Assembly (NCBI GenBank): GCA_965226495.1
Contig: OZ245365.1
Location: 4,672,001-4,736,000 of the forward strand
Reading direction: 5' to 3'
Origin: Candidatus Marinacidobacterales bacterium
GTDB taxonomy: Bacteria > Acidobacteriota > Vicinamibacteria > Marinacidobacterales > DATDRI01
Length of the DNA: 64,000 nucleotides
Shown: one piece after another, positions 37,838 through 47,842 of the stretch
How the letters are laid out: every line of letters starts with the position of its first letter
How positions within the stretch are numbered: position 1 is the first letter of the stretch
The notes under the pieces: model-generated
What the model saw: only the letters and a program-made list of their open reading frames with translations
The model's database searches: none
Told to the model about the DNA's origin: nothing
Translations under genes and position numbers: made by a program

Positions 37838-40135
37838 CTAGCGACGCCTTCTCTTCTTTCCCCGCGGGCCGCGCGGAGGTCTCGAGCTCGGCGCCTTCAC
37901 GTGGCTAGATCGAGAACTGCCGCGCACAGGTTTCGGCCTCAATCCTTCAATGGCTAGATCGATCTTTCGCTTCTCCTGATCGACCCGCACGACTTGCACC
38001 TCTAATTGATCACCAAGGCGGTACATTTTGCCCGTGGACTCGCCTCGCAGCGTATGGGTTTTTTCGTTGAATCGGTAATAGTCATCGGCCAGCGTGCTGA
38101 TATGAACCAACCCTTCGACGAAAAACTCTTCCAGCTCGACGAAGAGACCGAAGTTCAACACCCCGGTGACATAACCGACGAAAACATCCCCCAACTTGTC
38201 GGCCATGAAGCGTACCTTTTTCCATTCCACGAGCTCGCGCCCGGCATTCTCCGCCCTCCGCTCGGTACGCGAGGAGTGCTCGGCGATCTCGGGAAGACTC
38301 CCCTCTCTCTTCGCTTGCGTGGCGGCAGAGGGTACGCCCTTGGTTCGCACCTCGCGAAGCAGACGATGGATCACCAGGTCGGGATAACGTCGAATGGGCG
38401 ACGTGAAGTGCGTGTAGATGGGGGCCGCCAAGGCGTAGTGGCCCGTGTTCTCCATGGCATAGCGAGCTTTCTTCATCGTTCTCAGCATCAAGAAAGAAAT
38501 GAGACGCTCCTCCGGCTTTCCATCGATTCTCTTGAGCAGCGCCTGAAAACTCTTGGGCTTCAATGCCTCGGAGCTCGCCCGCAACCGATAGCCCAATCCG
38601 GAGATGAAATTCTCGAAATCCTCAACTCTATCTTCCTCGGGTTTGTCGTGGACCCGGTACAAGCTCGGCACATCGAGTCCCGACAGGTGCCCCGCCACAA
38701 CATCGTTCGCCAGCAACATGAACTCTTCAATGATGTGGTGGGCGACGTTTCGCTCCGCGGCCACGATCCCGGTGACCAACCCCTCTACGTCGAGGAGGAC
38801 CAACGGCTCCGGGAGATCGAAATCGATGGAGCCTCGCTTCTCGCGACGAGCACGAAGGACCTGATAGAGGCCAAGCATCCGTTCGATGAGAGGAACGAGC
38901 TTGTTGTAGCGCCGTGTGACCTCGGGATCTCGGTCGACCAAGATCTGCCGTACCTCGGTGTATGTCATACGGGCGGCGCTCCGAATCACACCGTCATAGA
39001 GCTCGTAATTCTCGACGCGGCCCTTGGGACTCACCTCGATACGCACCGACTGCACCAGACGGTCCACGCCGGGATTGAGACTGCAGATCCCGTTCGAGAG
39101 CCGCTCCGGGAGCATGGGCACGGCGCGCTCGGGGAAGTAAACGGAGGTGCCGCGCTCGAAGGCTTCTCGGTCGAGGGGGCTCTTCTCGACAACGTAGTGA
39201 GCCACGTCGGCGATATGGACTCCCAAGAGAAAATTCCCGTTGTCGAGAATCTCAACTTGCACCGCATCGTCGAAGTCACGGGCCGTCTCGCCGTCGATGG
39301 TGACGATGTCTTCGTTTCGGAAATCGGTACGGCCCACGATCGCTTGCTCGGGCACCTCGGTTGGAGTGTTCTTTGCTTCTCGCAGAACGTCTTCGGGAAA
39401 AGAATCAGGGATTTGGTACTTGGCGATAATGACCTGCACGTCGACACCGGGAGCATTCGCGGGCCCCAGAACCTCGGTCACTTTTCCCAAAGGCGCACGA
39501 AAGGGACTCGGATAACGAACGATCTCGACGACCACCATTTCCCCTGGTTGAGCTCCCGCCTCGTCTCCGTGGGTCACGAACACTTCGTAATGAAAGTTCG
39601 GGTCGAACGGAACGACGCGGGCCCCCTCGTGGTCTTTTTCGAAGCGGCCCACGACACGCGTCGACGCCCGTTCGAGCACCTCGACGATGCGACCCTCCGG
39701 CTTCCCGAAACGCCCCTGTCGCTCGATATGGACCAACACACGATCGCCGTGCAACGCATCAGCAAGCGCGGCGCCGGCGACATAAATGTCCGGCTCCGGC
39801 TTTTTACTCTTGGTCTTTGCAGTCTTTTCGGACGGATCGGGCGGGCGGTCCGGGCGCACGAAACCGAAGCCGCCCGGCTTGCACTCAAGCCGTCCCGCCA
39901 CCAAATCCATTTTCTCGGGCAGTCCAAGACGATCGGCGCGCGTTCGCGCCAACTTTCCGTCGGCCAGCATTTGACCAAGAACGCGTTTGGCGGCGAGGCG
40001 AGCGTCTCCCTTGACCCGGAGCATCTTGAGAATGTCTTTTTCGGTGGTGGGACGGCCGAGCCGGGTCAGAACCTCCAGGACCCGGGTTCGAATACCGTGA
40101 TCGGTCTTTTCTGTAGAGGGGGGCACCGGCGGCAT
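37838..40135 (-). CDS. rnr: Ribonuclease R
   Basis: TIDGETARDFDDAV, HIADV, THFTSPIRRYPDL, S1 domain, basic tail. Confidence 0.96.
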   Translation of the reverse strand: MPPVPPSTEKTDHGIRTRVLEVLTRLGRPTTEKDILKMLRVKGDARLAAKRVLGQMLADGKLARTRADRLGLPEKMDLVAGRLECKPGGFGFVRPDRPPDPSEKTAKTKSKKPEPDIYVAGAALADALHGDRVLVHIERQGRFGKPEGRIVEVLERASTRVVGRFEKDHEGARVVPFDPNFHYEVFVTHGDEAGAQPGEMVVVEIVRYPSPFRAPLGKVTEVLGPANAPGVDVQVIIAKYQIPDSFPEDVLREAKNTPTEVPEQAIVGRTDFRNEDIVTIDGETARDFDDAVQVEILDNGNFLLGVHIADVAHYVVEKSPLDREAFERGTSVYFPERAVPMLPERLSNGICSLNPGVDRLVQSVRIEVSPKGRVENYELYDGVIRSAARMTYTEVRQILVDRDPEVTRRYNKLVPLIERMLGLYQVLRARREKRGSIDFDLPEPLVLLDVEGLVTGIVAAERNVAHHIIEEFMLLANDVVAGHLSGLDVPSLYRVHDKPEEDRVEDFENFISGLGYRLRASSEALKPKSFQALLKRIDGKPEERLISFLMLRTMKKARYAMENTGHYALAAPIYTHFTSPIRRYPDLVIHRLLREVRTKGVPSAATQAKREGSLPEIAEHSSRTERRAENAGRELVEWKKVRFMADKLGDVFVGYVTGVLNFGLFVELEEFFVEGLVHISTLADDYYRFNEKTHTLRGESTGKMYRLGDQLEVQVVRVDQEKRKIDLAIEGLRPKPVRGSSRSSHVKAPSSRPPRGPRGKKRRRR

Positions 40136-40180
40136 CTTAGCCCTGTTCTAATTCGAAATCGACTCGTATTTACGATCACA

Positions 40181-40209
40181 TTGACAGGGCCAGACCGCCC
40201 TCCTATCAT
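40181..40209 (+). promoter_or_regulatory. Sigma70 promoter of tRNA-Leu(CAG)
   Basis: TTGACA-17 nt-TATCAT. Confidence 0.75.
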
Positions 40210-40236
40210 GGGCCTTCAAATATTGCCTTCCCATGT

Positions 40237-40322
40237 GCCGAAGTGGCGGAACGGCAGACGCGCTGCGTTCAGGGCGCAGTTCTCTTCGGGGAGTGGGGGT
40301 TCGAATCCCCCCTTCGGCACCA
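40237..40322 (+). tRNA. tRNA-Leu(CAG)
   Basis: Acceptor GCCGAAG/CTTCGGC, anticodon arm CTGCG-TTCAGGG-CGCAG, long variable arm, GGTTCGAATCC, ACCA end. Confidence 0.96.
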
Positions 40323-40361
40323 AAGGATTCTATATGTAACCGAGTCAGTTATTTACGACGA

Positions 40362-41615
40362 ATGGGGACACCCATGACCAACGGACAGCCAACTGGAGTG
40401 CGACCTTTGCCAGATCTGGCGGGCCGGATCGCTTTCCTCGGAACTTGCGACAATGCTGCTCACGTCCTCGATCGGGCGGGCGTCCCGGTCGTTAACATCC
40501 TCGGCCTGAAGTTAGAAGTGGTGTCGTGTGTTTATCCTCTCCCTCTCAACAAATTCTCGTTCTGCGTCGCGTTTCGCGACGCTGCTTCGCTTCCCAAACT
40601 GCGTATCGCGCTCAAAGACAGGAACGACGTGCAGCTCCTAGGCTTCGATGTCAGCTTTGAATCGAAGGACAGGGCGACAGTCACACCAGGAGACGTGCAC
40701 CTCCGCGGCTACCTACCAGTCAGTTCGTCCTGGATGGTCGCGATCTTGCGCCCGGAGGAACTCAAGAAGAACGTACTGTCATTGATGTCGGAACCGGGCG
40801 TTTTGCGAGTGACTGCGATTTCGGAAGGTTTCAGTGAAGAAATTGGATCGCTGAACTTCTCTTACGAGAAGGCCCTACCCTTAACGCAAGAGCGCATTGC
40901 TGCAATAAGGAGTCAGCCTCAAGCGAGCCGTTTCATTCGGTTCGTAATGAAGTGCCAAACTTGCGGAGATGGCATCACGCCTTACGCAGCTCTTGAGAGA
41001 AACTCTAAGATGGAGAGCGAAGGGCACCATTGGTACAGCGACGTGCCGGACTTCTTCACGTGTAAGTGCGGAAAGAAAATCGACTTGAAATACGTAAGGG
41101 AGAGCCTTCATGGGCTGCTGGGCCAGCCGACGGGTATCTTCGAGGAAGAAGCCTCCTTTGGGCAGCTATACACTGTTGAATCGCTGGCCGCTACGGTTCA
41201 GCGGTTTCAGGTCTTCTTGGACGAATCACCAGAGGAACCGGAGGTTCAACAGTTCTTGGGAGCGAATCCAATCTTCTGGACTGTTCTCGCCCCCGAGCTC
41301 ATTCTTGAGAAAGCGCCAGTTCTTCACAAATACCAGACGGATTTCGCGATCCTGAGCAAGACGGGCACGCTTTACCTTGTTGAGATCGAAAAGCCAGAAA
41401 AGAAACTGCTAAAGAAAGACGGCGCGCCCACACAGCTCTTTCACCATCCTTTCCATCAGGTCACTGACTGGCTACGTGAGTTCGACAAGAACAGGCCCGC
41501 GTGCATCGATGGAATGAAACTGAAGCCCGAAAGCGTCAGCGCAGTCAAGGGCGTCGTCATCATCGGCAGAGATAAGGGTTACGACCCGGATGCCCTTGTC
41601 ATTCATCATTATTGA
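40362..41615 (+). pseudogene. Shedu (SduA/DUF4263)-type nuclease with unusual N-terminal region, C-terminally truncated by an IS
   Basis: EPEVQQFLGANP, TDF, LVEIEKP, QVTDW, VVIIGR; the last codons (VIHHY*) are read from the IS end starting at 41597; start 40362 or 40374. Confidence 0.78.
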
Positions 41616-42922
41616 TCCGGACGGGACTGCAGGCCCACGCGGCCCGGCGACGAACGACGAAAGCGGGGTCGACGCGCGCGAGCAGTTGGCGGAATCACGC
41701 GATCGGCGGGTTCAGGCGGTTGAGAACGCAATTGTCGAGGGCTCCAGCCAAGCGACGCGCGGCGACGAAAACCGTCTTAGGCAGCCTCACGCCATTCGTA
41801 CCGGTGGTGAAGCCCACGCACCCGCGGCAGTGCAACGACCTTCGCCGTGGGTGACGGTCTCGGCGTGATTGCTCTTGCGCTCGGGGTGTCTTTGCTGAGC
41901 CCCAAGTGGCAGCGATCCTCGTGATAGTAGCTGATGTAAGAACGAACGAGTCGGACGAGATGGCGCTCGCCGAGGACGACGACGTGCTCAAGGAGCTCTC
42001 GACGGCAGCTGCCGATCCAGCGCTCGGCCGTCCCGTTCTGCCAAGGGCTGCGAAAAGAAATGCGAACAGGCTTCGTGCCCATCGCCTTGATGAACTCGAC
42101 CACGGCGAAGCTGAATATAGAGTCGCGGTCAAAGATCAGGTATCTCGGCGCGCTGTCGTAGGGAAACGCCTCGCGTAATTGCTGAATCACCCACGCCGCC
42201 GTCGGGTGGAACGTGGCGCGAAAGTGCAAGATATGGCGACGGCCGTGCTCGATGACGAACAAGCCGTACAGGAGCCGCAGCGACGCCGTCGGCACTGTGA
42301 ACAAATCCATCGCGGCGATTTCGTCCTTGTGGTTACGCAAGAAAGCGACCCAGCGCTTTATCTGATCGGGTTCGGCAGGCCGGCGCGGCAGGTAACGCGA
42401 CACCGTCATCTCCGAGACCAAGAATCCGAGCTTCGTGAGTTCCGCGTGGATACGCGGTGCACCCCAGCCGTCTTGCGCCATCATCCGGATGAGCCGACGA
42501 ATCTCGGCGTCGACGCGAGGCCGCCCCGGATGACGTCGCTGCGAGATCTTTGCCCAGTAACGTCGGAATCGATCCCGATTCCACCGCGCGACCGTGTCGG
42601 CGTTAACGATGAGTAAGCGGCTCGCCCACCCGGGCCACGATTTGCGAAGTGCCACCCAGAATGCTCGGTCCGTGTCCTCGAGCGGTGGCCGGGGGCGCTC
42701 CTTCTTGAGCGCCGTAACTTGCTGCCGCAAGGCAAGGTTTTCAATCACGAGATCGGCTCGGCGCCGACACATCGCCCGGATCGCACGGGCGCCGAGAGAG
42801 ACGAGGAAGATGAGAGCACGGAGCATAGCCGCGCAGTTTGGCGATCTTCCTCCGTAATCTCAAGCGGCGGAACGCGCAGTAAGTCTCTGATTTCACACGC
42901 GGACCGATTTTGATGAGGCACA
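41597..42922. mobile_element. IS481-like insertion sequence (TGT...ACA ends)
   Basis: 23-bp imperfect IRs TGTCATTCATCATTATTGATCCG and (revcomp) TGTGCCTCATCAAAATCGGTCCG; no target duplication. Confidence 0.8.
41777..42826 (-). CDS. Integrase-core (rve) DDE transposase
   Basis: ENLALRQQ, PGRP, WGAPRIHAEL, AMDLF, FDRD, SPWQNGTAERW, HLGL. Confidence 0.92.
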   Translation of the reverse strand: MLRALIFLVSLGARAIRAMCRRRADLVIENLALRQQVTALKKERPRPPLEDTDRAFWVALRKSWPGWASRLLIVNADTVARWNRDRFRRYWAKISQRRHPGRPRVDAEIRRLIRMMAQDGWGAPRIHAELTKLGFLVSEMTVSRYLPRRPAEPDQIKRWVAFLRNHKDEIAAMDLFTVPTASLRLLYGLFVIEHGRRHILHFRATFHPTAAWVIQQLREAFPYDSAPRYLIFDRDSIFSFAVVEFIKAMGTKPVRISFRSPWQNGTAERWIGSCRRELLEHVVVLGERHLVRLVRSYISYYHEDRCHLGLSKDTPSARAITPRPSPTAKVVALPRVRGLHHRYEWREAA

Positions 42923-44111
42923 ACTCAACCTCCAGGCTCTCGGCGACCGCAACAACACCGAAGCCAATGGCTCGAGCATTCGCGGCGGCGCGGGGCTCCC
43001 CGACTCTCTCGACTCAGTGCTTCCGGCCAACCGTGTCGGCGTCTGGCTTCAGGACCAAGTGCTCCTCAACCCGTCATGGACTCTGGAGCCCGGTATTCGA
43101 TTCGACTGGAGTGAGGCGAACGGACGGGGAACGGTGTCGCCGCGTTTTACCGCACTCTACCGCATCAAACCGTCGACGCTGCTGAAGGGTGCTTTCGGCC
43201 TGTACACCCAGAGCCCGGGGTATGAGAAGTTGATCCAATCGGACTTCTTCATTGACCTCACCGACGCCAGCGCCCTCGACCTCGCGCACCAGCGATCGAC
43301 GCACTTTATCGCGGGGCTCGAGCGCGAGGTGACTGCGGGCGTGACCGCTCGCGTCGAGGGTTTTTACAAAATGTACGGCGACCTCATCGTCGGCCGGCTC
43401 GAAACCAATGAGGAACGGCTCCAGCGCGTCTCTCGGTACGACTTCCCCCCCGATCTCCGGGACAGCATTCCGACGGCGCCGATCATCACCAGCAATCCCT
43501 CGAACGGCGCGCGCGGAAACGCGTACGGTTTCGACTTCTATCTCTCAAAGACCGCGACCACTCGCGAGTCGCGGCTCGCCGGCTGGCTCTCCTACACGTG
43601 GACTCGTGCCGAACGCGACGCGTATTCGCGCCTGTATCCATTCGACTACGACCGCCGTCACTCGCTGAACCTTGTCGCAAGTTACCAATTGAGCCGCAAG
43701 TGGACGCTGGCGTTGACCGGTCGTGTAGCGTCCGGGTTCCCCTACACGCCGCCTCTAGGTGTGCGGGTGGCCGCGATCGAGGATCCGGACGATCCTGAAC
43801 GGTTGATCCCAGAAACCGATATCAATGGTTTGCTCGTTTACGAAGCGGACCTCGGTGATACGCAAAACCTCAATACGGGGCGGCTTCCGTTCTACGCGCG
43901 CTTCGACGTGCGAGCGAGTTGGCGGCCCGGAGGCGACACCGGCAACTTCGAGCTCTTCTTCGAAGTGATCAACATGCTGAACCGCGATAACGCGGTGTCC
44001 CTCGAACCACGACTCGAGTTCGATCCGACCTCGGACGTTCCCAGCATCAACGAAACCCCTTCGGAGGGCTTTCCGCTTCTGCCGTCGTTCGGCATCCGCT
44101 GGCGATTCTAG
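42923..44111 (+). pseudogene. C-terminal part of a TonB-dependent receptor; 5' end removed at the IS boundary
   Basis: Frame is open back to the IS end; beta-barrel motifs SPRF, GWLSYTW, YDRRHSLN, RFDVR, INMLNR, terminal FGIRWRF. Confidence 0.85.
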
Positions 44112-44117
44112 ACGCCG

Positions 44118-45824
44118 TCACGCCGATAGCTCGTGGCCGGTTCCGGCTCTGCGCGGAATCCGAATGTCTTCGACGAGCTGCTGCACCTCAGGAGGGGGAG
44201 GGGGAGTGAAGCGAGCCACGCTTCCTGCGACCACGAAGTTGATGACCATTCCAAGGGTTCCAATCCCTTCCGGCGACACACCGAACCACCAGTGGTCCAC
44301 GTTGTTGAGCTCGGGGTAGAGGAACTTGAAGTAAATGATATAGCCAAGCGTGAAACCGATCCCGGCAATCATGCCGGACACCGCCCCATAATGGTTCATG
44401 CGCTTCGTGAAGATGCCGAGCAGAATAGCCGGAAAGAACGACGCGGCAGCCAACCCAAAGGCAAGAGCAACCACCTGGGCCACAAAGCCGGGCGGGTTGA
44501 TGCCGAAGTAACCGGCGACGACCACCGCGAGTCCGGCGGCGATGCGGGCCGCACGGAGCTCACCTTTCTCGGTGATCGAAGGGCGAATGCATTTTTTCAG
44601 CAGGTCGTGGGCGACCGAGCTCGAGATCACGAGCAACAGCCCCGCTGCCGTCGAAAGCGCGGCGGCGAGCCCCCCCGCCGCCACCAGACCCACGACCCAG
44701 TTCGGTAGCTGGGCAATTTCGGGATTGGCGAGCACCATGATGTCTCGGTCGATCACCAGCTCGTTAGGAACGGACGATTGAGGCCCGGTGTATTGAATGA
44801 GACCATCGCCGTTTTTGTCCTCGAAGCGAATGAGGCCGGTCGCTTCCCAGTTGCGAAACCATTCGGGCGCATCGGCATAAGGTTGATTCGACAGAGTGGT
44901 CAGTAGGTTGGTGCGGGCGAACGCCGCCACCGCTGGCGCCGTAGTGTAGAGAAACGCAATAAACAGGAGCGCCCATCCAGCCGAGCTGCGGGCTTGCCGG
45001 ACCAGGGGCACGGTGTAAAAGCGTACGATCACGTGAGGCAATCCCGCGGTGCCCACCATGAGCGCGGCGGTGATGAAGAAAACGTCGAGTGTCTCCTTCC
45101 GTCCCGCGGTATAGACTCCGAAACCCAACTCCTGGGTGAGACCGTCGAGTCTGTCGAGCAGGAAAACACCGGAGCCGTCCGCCATTGTCGAGCCGAAACC
45201 AAGCTGAGGGATGACGGTGCCGGTCATCAAAATGGAAATAAAGATGGCCGGGACCAGGTAGGCGAAGATGAGTACGCAATACTGAGCGACCTGGGTATAG
45301 GTGATTCCTTTCATCCCGCCCAACACTGCGTACGAGAACACGATCATCATCCCGATCAAGACACCGATGTTTATGTCCACTCCGAGGAAACGAGAGAAAA
45401 CGATCCCAACGCCCCGCATCTGGCCGGCCACGTAAGTAAAGGAGATGAACAGAGCGCAGACGACCGCGACGACCCTAGCCGTTTGCGAGTAGTAACGATC
45501 TCCAACGAAGTCGGGCACGGTGTACTTACCGAACTTCCTTAGGTAGGGGGCGAGCAAAAGCGCTAATAGAACGTAGCCGCCGGTCCATCCCATGAGGTAC
45601 ACCGAACCGTCACGGCCCATGAACGCAATGAGACCCGCCATGGAGATGAATGAGGCGGCGCTCATCCAGTCAGCGGCGGTGGCCATTCCATTGAGAACCG
45701 GGGGCACTTGGGCCGCGGCCACGTAGAACTCGCCCGTCGAACGGGCACGCGACCAGATGGCGACGCCGATGTAGATGGCGAACGACAGGGCCACCAAGAC
45801 AAACGTCCACGCCTGGACGGTCAT
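44118..45824 (-). CDS. Cation/acetate symporter (ActP-like SSS family)
   Basis: ATAADWMSAASF, GDRY, GTAGLPHVIVRF, AAALSTAAGLL. Confidence 0.92.
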   Translation of the reverse strand: MTVQAWTFVLVALSFAIYIGVAIWSRARSTGEFYVAAAQVPPVLNGMATAADWMSAASFISMAGLIAFMGRDGSVYLMGWTGGYVLLALLLAPYLRKFGKYTVPDFVGDRYYSQTARVVAVVCALFISFTYVAGQMRGVGIVFSRFLGVDINIGVLIGMMIVFSYAVLGGMKGITYTQVAQYCVLIFAYLVPAIFISILMTGTVIPQLGFGSTMADGSGVFLLDRLDGLTQELGFGVYTAGRKETLDVFFITAALMVGTAGLPHVIVRFYTVPLVRQARSSAGWALLFIAFLYTTAPAVAAFARTNLLTTLSNQPYADAPEWFRNWEATGLIRFEDKNGDGLIQYTGPQSSVPNELVIDRDIMVLANPEIAQLPNWVVGLVAAGGLAAALSTAAGLLLVISSSVAHDLLKKCIRPSITEKGELRAARIAAGLAVVVAGYFGINPPGFVAQVVALAFGLAAASFFPAILLGIFTKRMNHYGAVSGMIAGIGFTLGYIIYFKFLYPELNNVDHWWFGVSPEGIGTLGMVINFVVAGSVARFTPPPPPEVQQLVEDIRIPRRAGTGHELSA

Positions 45825-46090
45825 CGGTCTTCCCTTTCATGCATGTTGAACTTGTGATCCAGGCGGTTCATGAGCCGGACGTAAACGAAGATGAGAACCA
45901 CGAAGACGTAAATCGATCCCTGTTGGGCAAACCAAAAACCCAACTGGAATCCCCCGACCCGGATTCGATTGAGCGGCTCGACGAGAAGGATCCCGAACCC
46001 GTAGGACACCGTAAACCAGATCGCCAACAACACGAACACGTAACGGAGGTTGCTTCGCCAGTACTTGGTTTTGTCGCTCAGCTCGGTCAT
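45821..46090 (-). CDS. DUF4212 membrane partner of the ActP-like symporter
   Basis: YWRSNL, IWFTVSYG, GFQLGFWFAQQGSI. Confidence 0.9.
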   Translation of the reverse strand: MTELSDKTKYWRSNLRYVFVLLAIWFTVSYGFGILLVEPLNRIRVGGFQLGFWFAQQGSIYVFVVLIFVYVRLMNRLDHKFNMHEREDR

Positions 46091-46349
46091 CTTTTCCTCG
46101 TTAGCCCTCAACTTCCTTTCAATCCGGAACGCGGCCATAAAAACTTACTCGCGCCCCAAGCGCGTCGAAACATAGCAGATCCTCGCAATCGTGTCGCCCC
46201 CTCCGACCCGAAGTGTTCGCCTTGCCCGGAAAGAGTGGGAGTGGAGATGCGGACACATCATCTCTTGATATCAAATATATATGATGTATTATCTCTATTA
46301 TATGACTATCAGAGATGAACCGTTCACATCCATCTCGCTACTGGCCTTA

Positions 46350-46673
46350 GTCGGCGTGCGTCGAACGGGCCAAGAGGGAGCGCCCGCCGCCGCGAGGGAT
46401 GCGTTGCTTCATCTGGAGAGCCGATCGGACGCGATCCTCGTCCACTTCGACGTCGACGTGATGGACTTCCCCGCCGCCGACGTGCCACACGCTAACGGGC
46501 TCGACCTCGAATCGACATTTGCAGCGCTCCGGGTCTTCGTCACAGCTCCGACGTGCCTTGGCGTCGTGGTGACGGAGTTCAACCCGGAGCAGGATCCGGA
46601 CGGCTCCCATGCCGAGCGCCTGGTCGACAGCCTTGTAGAAGCCCTCGGCGCACGAAAGGAACAAGCGGCATGA
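46350..46673 (+). pseudogene. Arginase/ureohydrolase C-terminal fragment
   Basis: LVHFDVDVMD...GL...VTEFNPEQDPDG; no N-terminal metal motifs and no credible start. Confidence 0.72.
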
Positions 46674-47164
46674 AGACCGCCGCCGTGCCGTCGCTGGACC
46701 CGGTCGACCTGCAGATCCTGGCTGTGCTCCAGAAGAACGCCCGGACCCCGAACGCAGAGATCGGCCGGCGCGTTGGGCTCGTCGCCTCGGCCATCTTCCA
46801 GCGCCTGCGCAAGTTGGAGAAACTGGGTGTCATCCAGGGACACGAAACTCGGATCGACCCGCGTGCGGTCGGCCTGGACCTGGCCGCTTTCATCTTCGTG
46901 AAGGCGGACGAGCGGGTCGGGAGTCTCGAAACGGCTCTCCTCCTCGCCAAGCTGCCCGAGGTGCAGGAGCTGCACCATGTCGCCGGCGAAGATTGCTACC
47001 TTGTTAAGGTCCGGGTGGCGGACGCGGCGGAGCTAGGGCGACTCCTTCGGGAAAAAGTCGGCGTCATCGGGTCGGTGCAGTCGACTCGGACTACGATCGT
47101 GCTCGAGACGATCAAGGAAACCGGCACCCTGCCACTCCGCCCGGCAGAACCGCAAGAAGCTTAG
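46670..47164 (+). CDS. Lrp/AsnC family transcriptional regulator
   Basis: LDPVDLQILAVLQKNAR, RLRKLEKLGVI, VAGEDCYLVKV; ATGA overlap at 46670. Confidence 0.93.
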   Translation: MKTAAVPSLDPVDLQILAVLQKNARTPNAEIGRRVGLVASAIFQRLRKLEKLGVIQGHETRIDPRAVGLDLAAFIFVKADERVGSLETALLLAKLPEVQELHHVAGEDCYLVKVRVADAAELGRLLREKVGVIGSVQSTRTTIVLETIKETGTLPLRPAEPQEA

Positions 47165-47179
47165 GAGCTAGGAGGCGGC

Positions 47180-47806
47180 GTGGACTGGACGGTGTGGACG
47201 ATGTTCGCCCTCACGGAAGTGACCTTGTCCGCGACTCCCGGTGTCGCGGTCATGTTCGTTGACTCGCAAGGGCTGCGCTCTCGATCGACCGACCCGCTTT
47301 GGGCAGCGGCGGGCATCCTCGCGGCCAACGCTCTGTATTTCGCGGCCTCGGGAACAGGGGTCGGAACGTTGTTGTTCGCCTCCAGCCCCCTCTTCACGGG
47401 CATCAAGTGGGCCGGTGCCGCGTACCTGCTTTACCTAGGAGCGGGGACTCTGCTTCGAACACCGCCGAAAACGGGAGGCGCAGGGACCGGCGGCGACGTC
47501 AACCTCGGACGCCGGGCCCTTTTCCTCAGGGGCTTCGTCGTGCAGCTCTCGAATCCCAAGGCGCTGCTTTTCTTCGTGGCCATCTTGCCCCAATTCATCG
47601 ATCGGAGCCGGCCGATCGTCTTTCAGATCCTCGTCCTCGGAGTCACCTCGATCGTGCTGGAGTTCGGTGTGCTCGCCGCTTACGCCACCGCCGCATGCCG
47701 AACCGGGCGGATCGCGATGCAGCCACGCTTCGCGACGTTAACAAGGCGGCTCAGTGGCGCCCTGCTCGTGGGTGCGGCCCTCGGCTTGGCGCGCCTCGAG
47801 CGCTAG
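47180..47806 (+). CDS. LysE/RhtB family exporter
   Basis: ATPG, KWAGAAYLLYLG, GFVVQLSNPKALLFF..LPQF. Confidence 0.9.
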   Translation: MDWTVWTMFALTEVTLSATPGVAVMFVDSQGLRSRSTDPLWAAAGILAANALYFAASGTGVGTLLFASSPLFTGIKWAGAAYLLYLGAGTLLRTPPKTGGAGTGGDVNLGRRALFLRGFVVQLSNPKALLFFVAILPQFIDRSRPIVFQILVLGVTSIVLEFGVLAAYATAACRTGRIAMQPRFATLTRRLSGALLVGAALGLARLER

Positions 47807-47842
47807 GTGGGAGTCCAAGACAAAGGTCGCGACAGCTCCGAT

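Noticed and set aside
38006-40339. 777-aa plus-strand ORF
   Set aside because: Antisense shadow of rnr that runs through the tRNA; no motifs; expected in GC-rich DNA.
40233-40361. ORF-track start of the 460-aa protein
   Set aside because: This N-terminus is translated tRNA-Leu; ATG 40362 or 40374 is more plausible.
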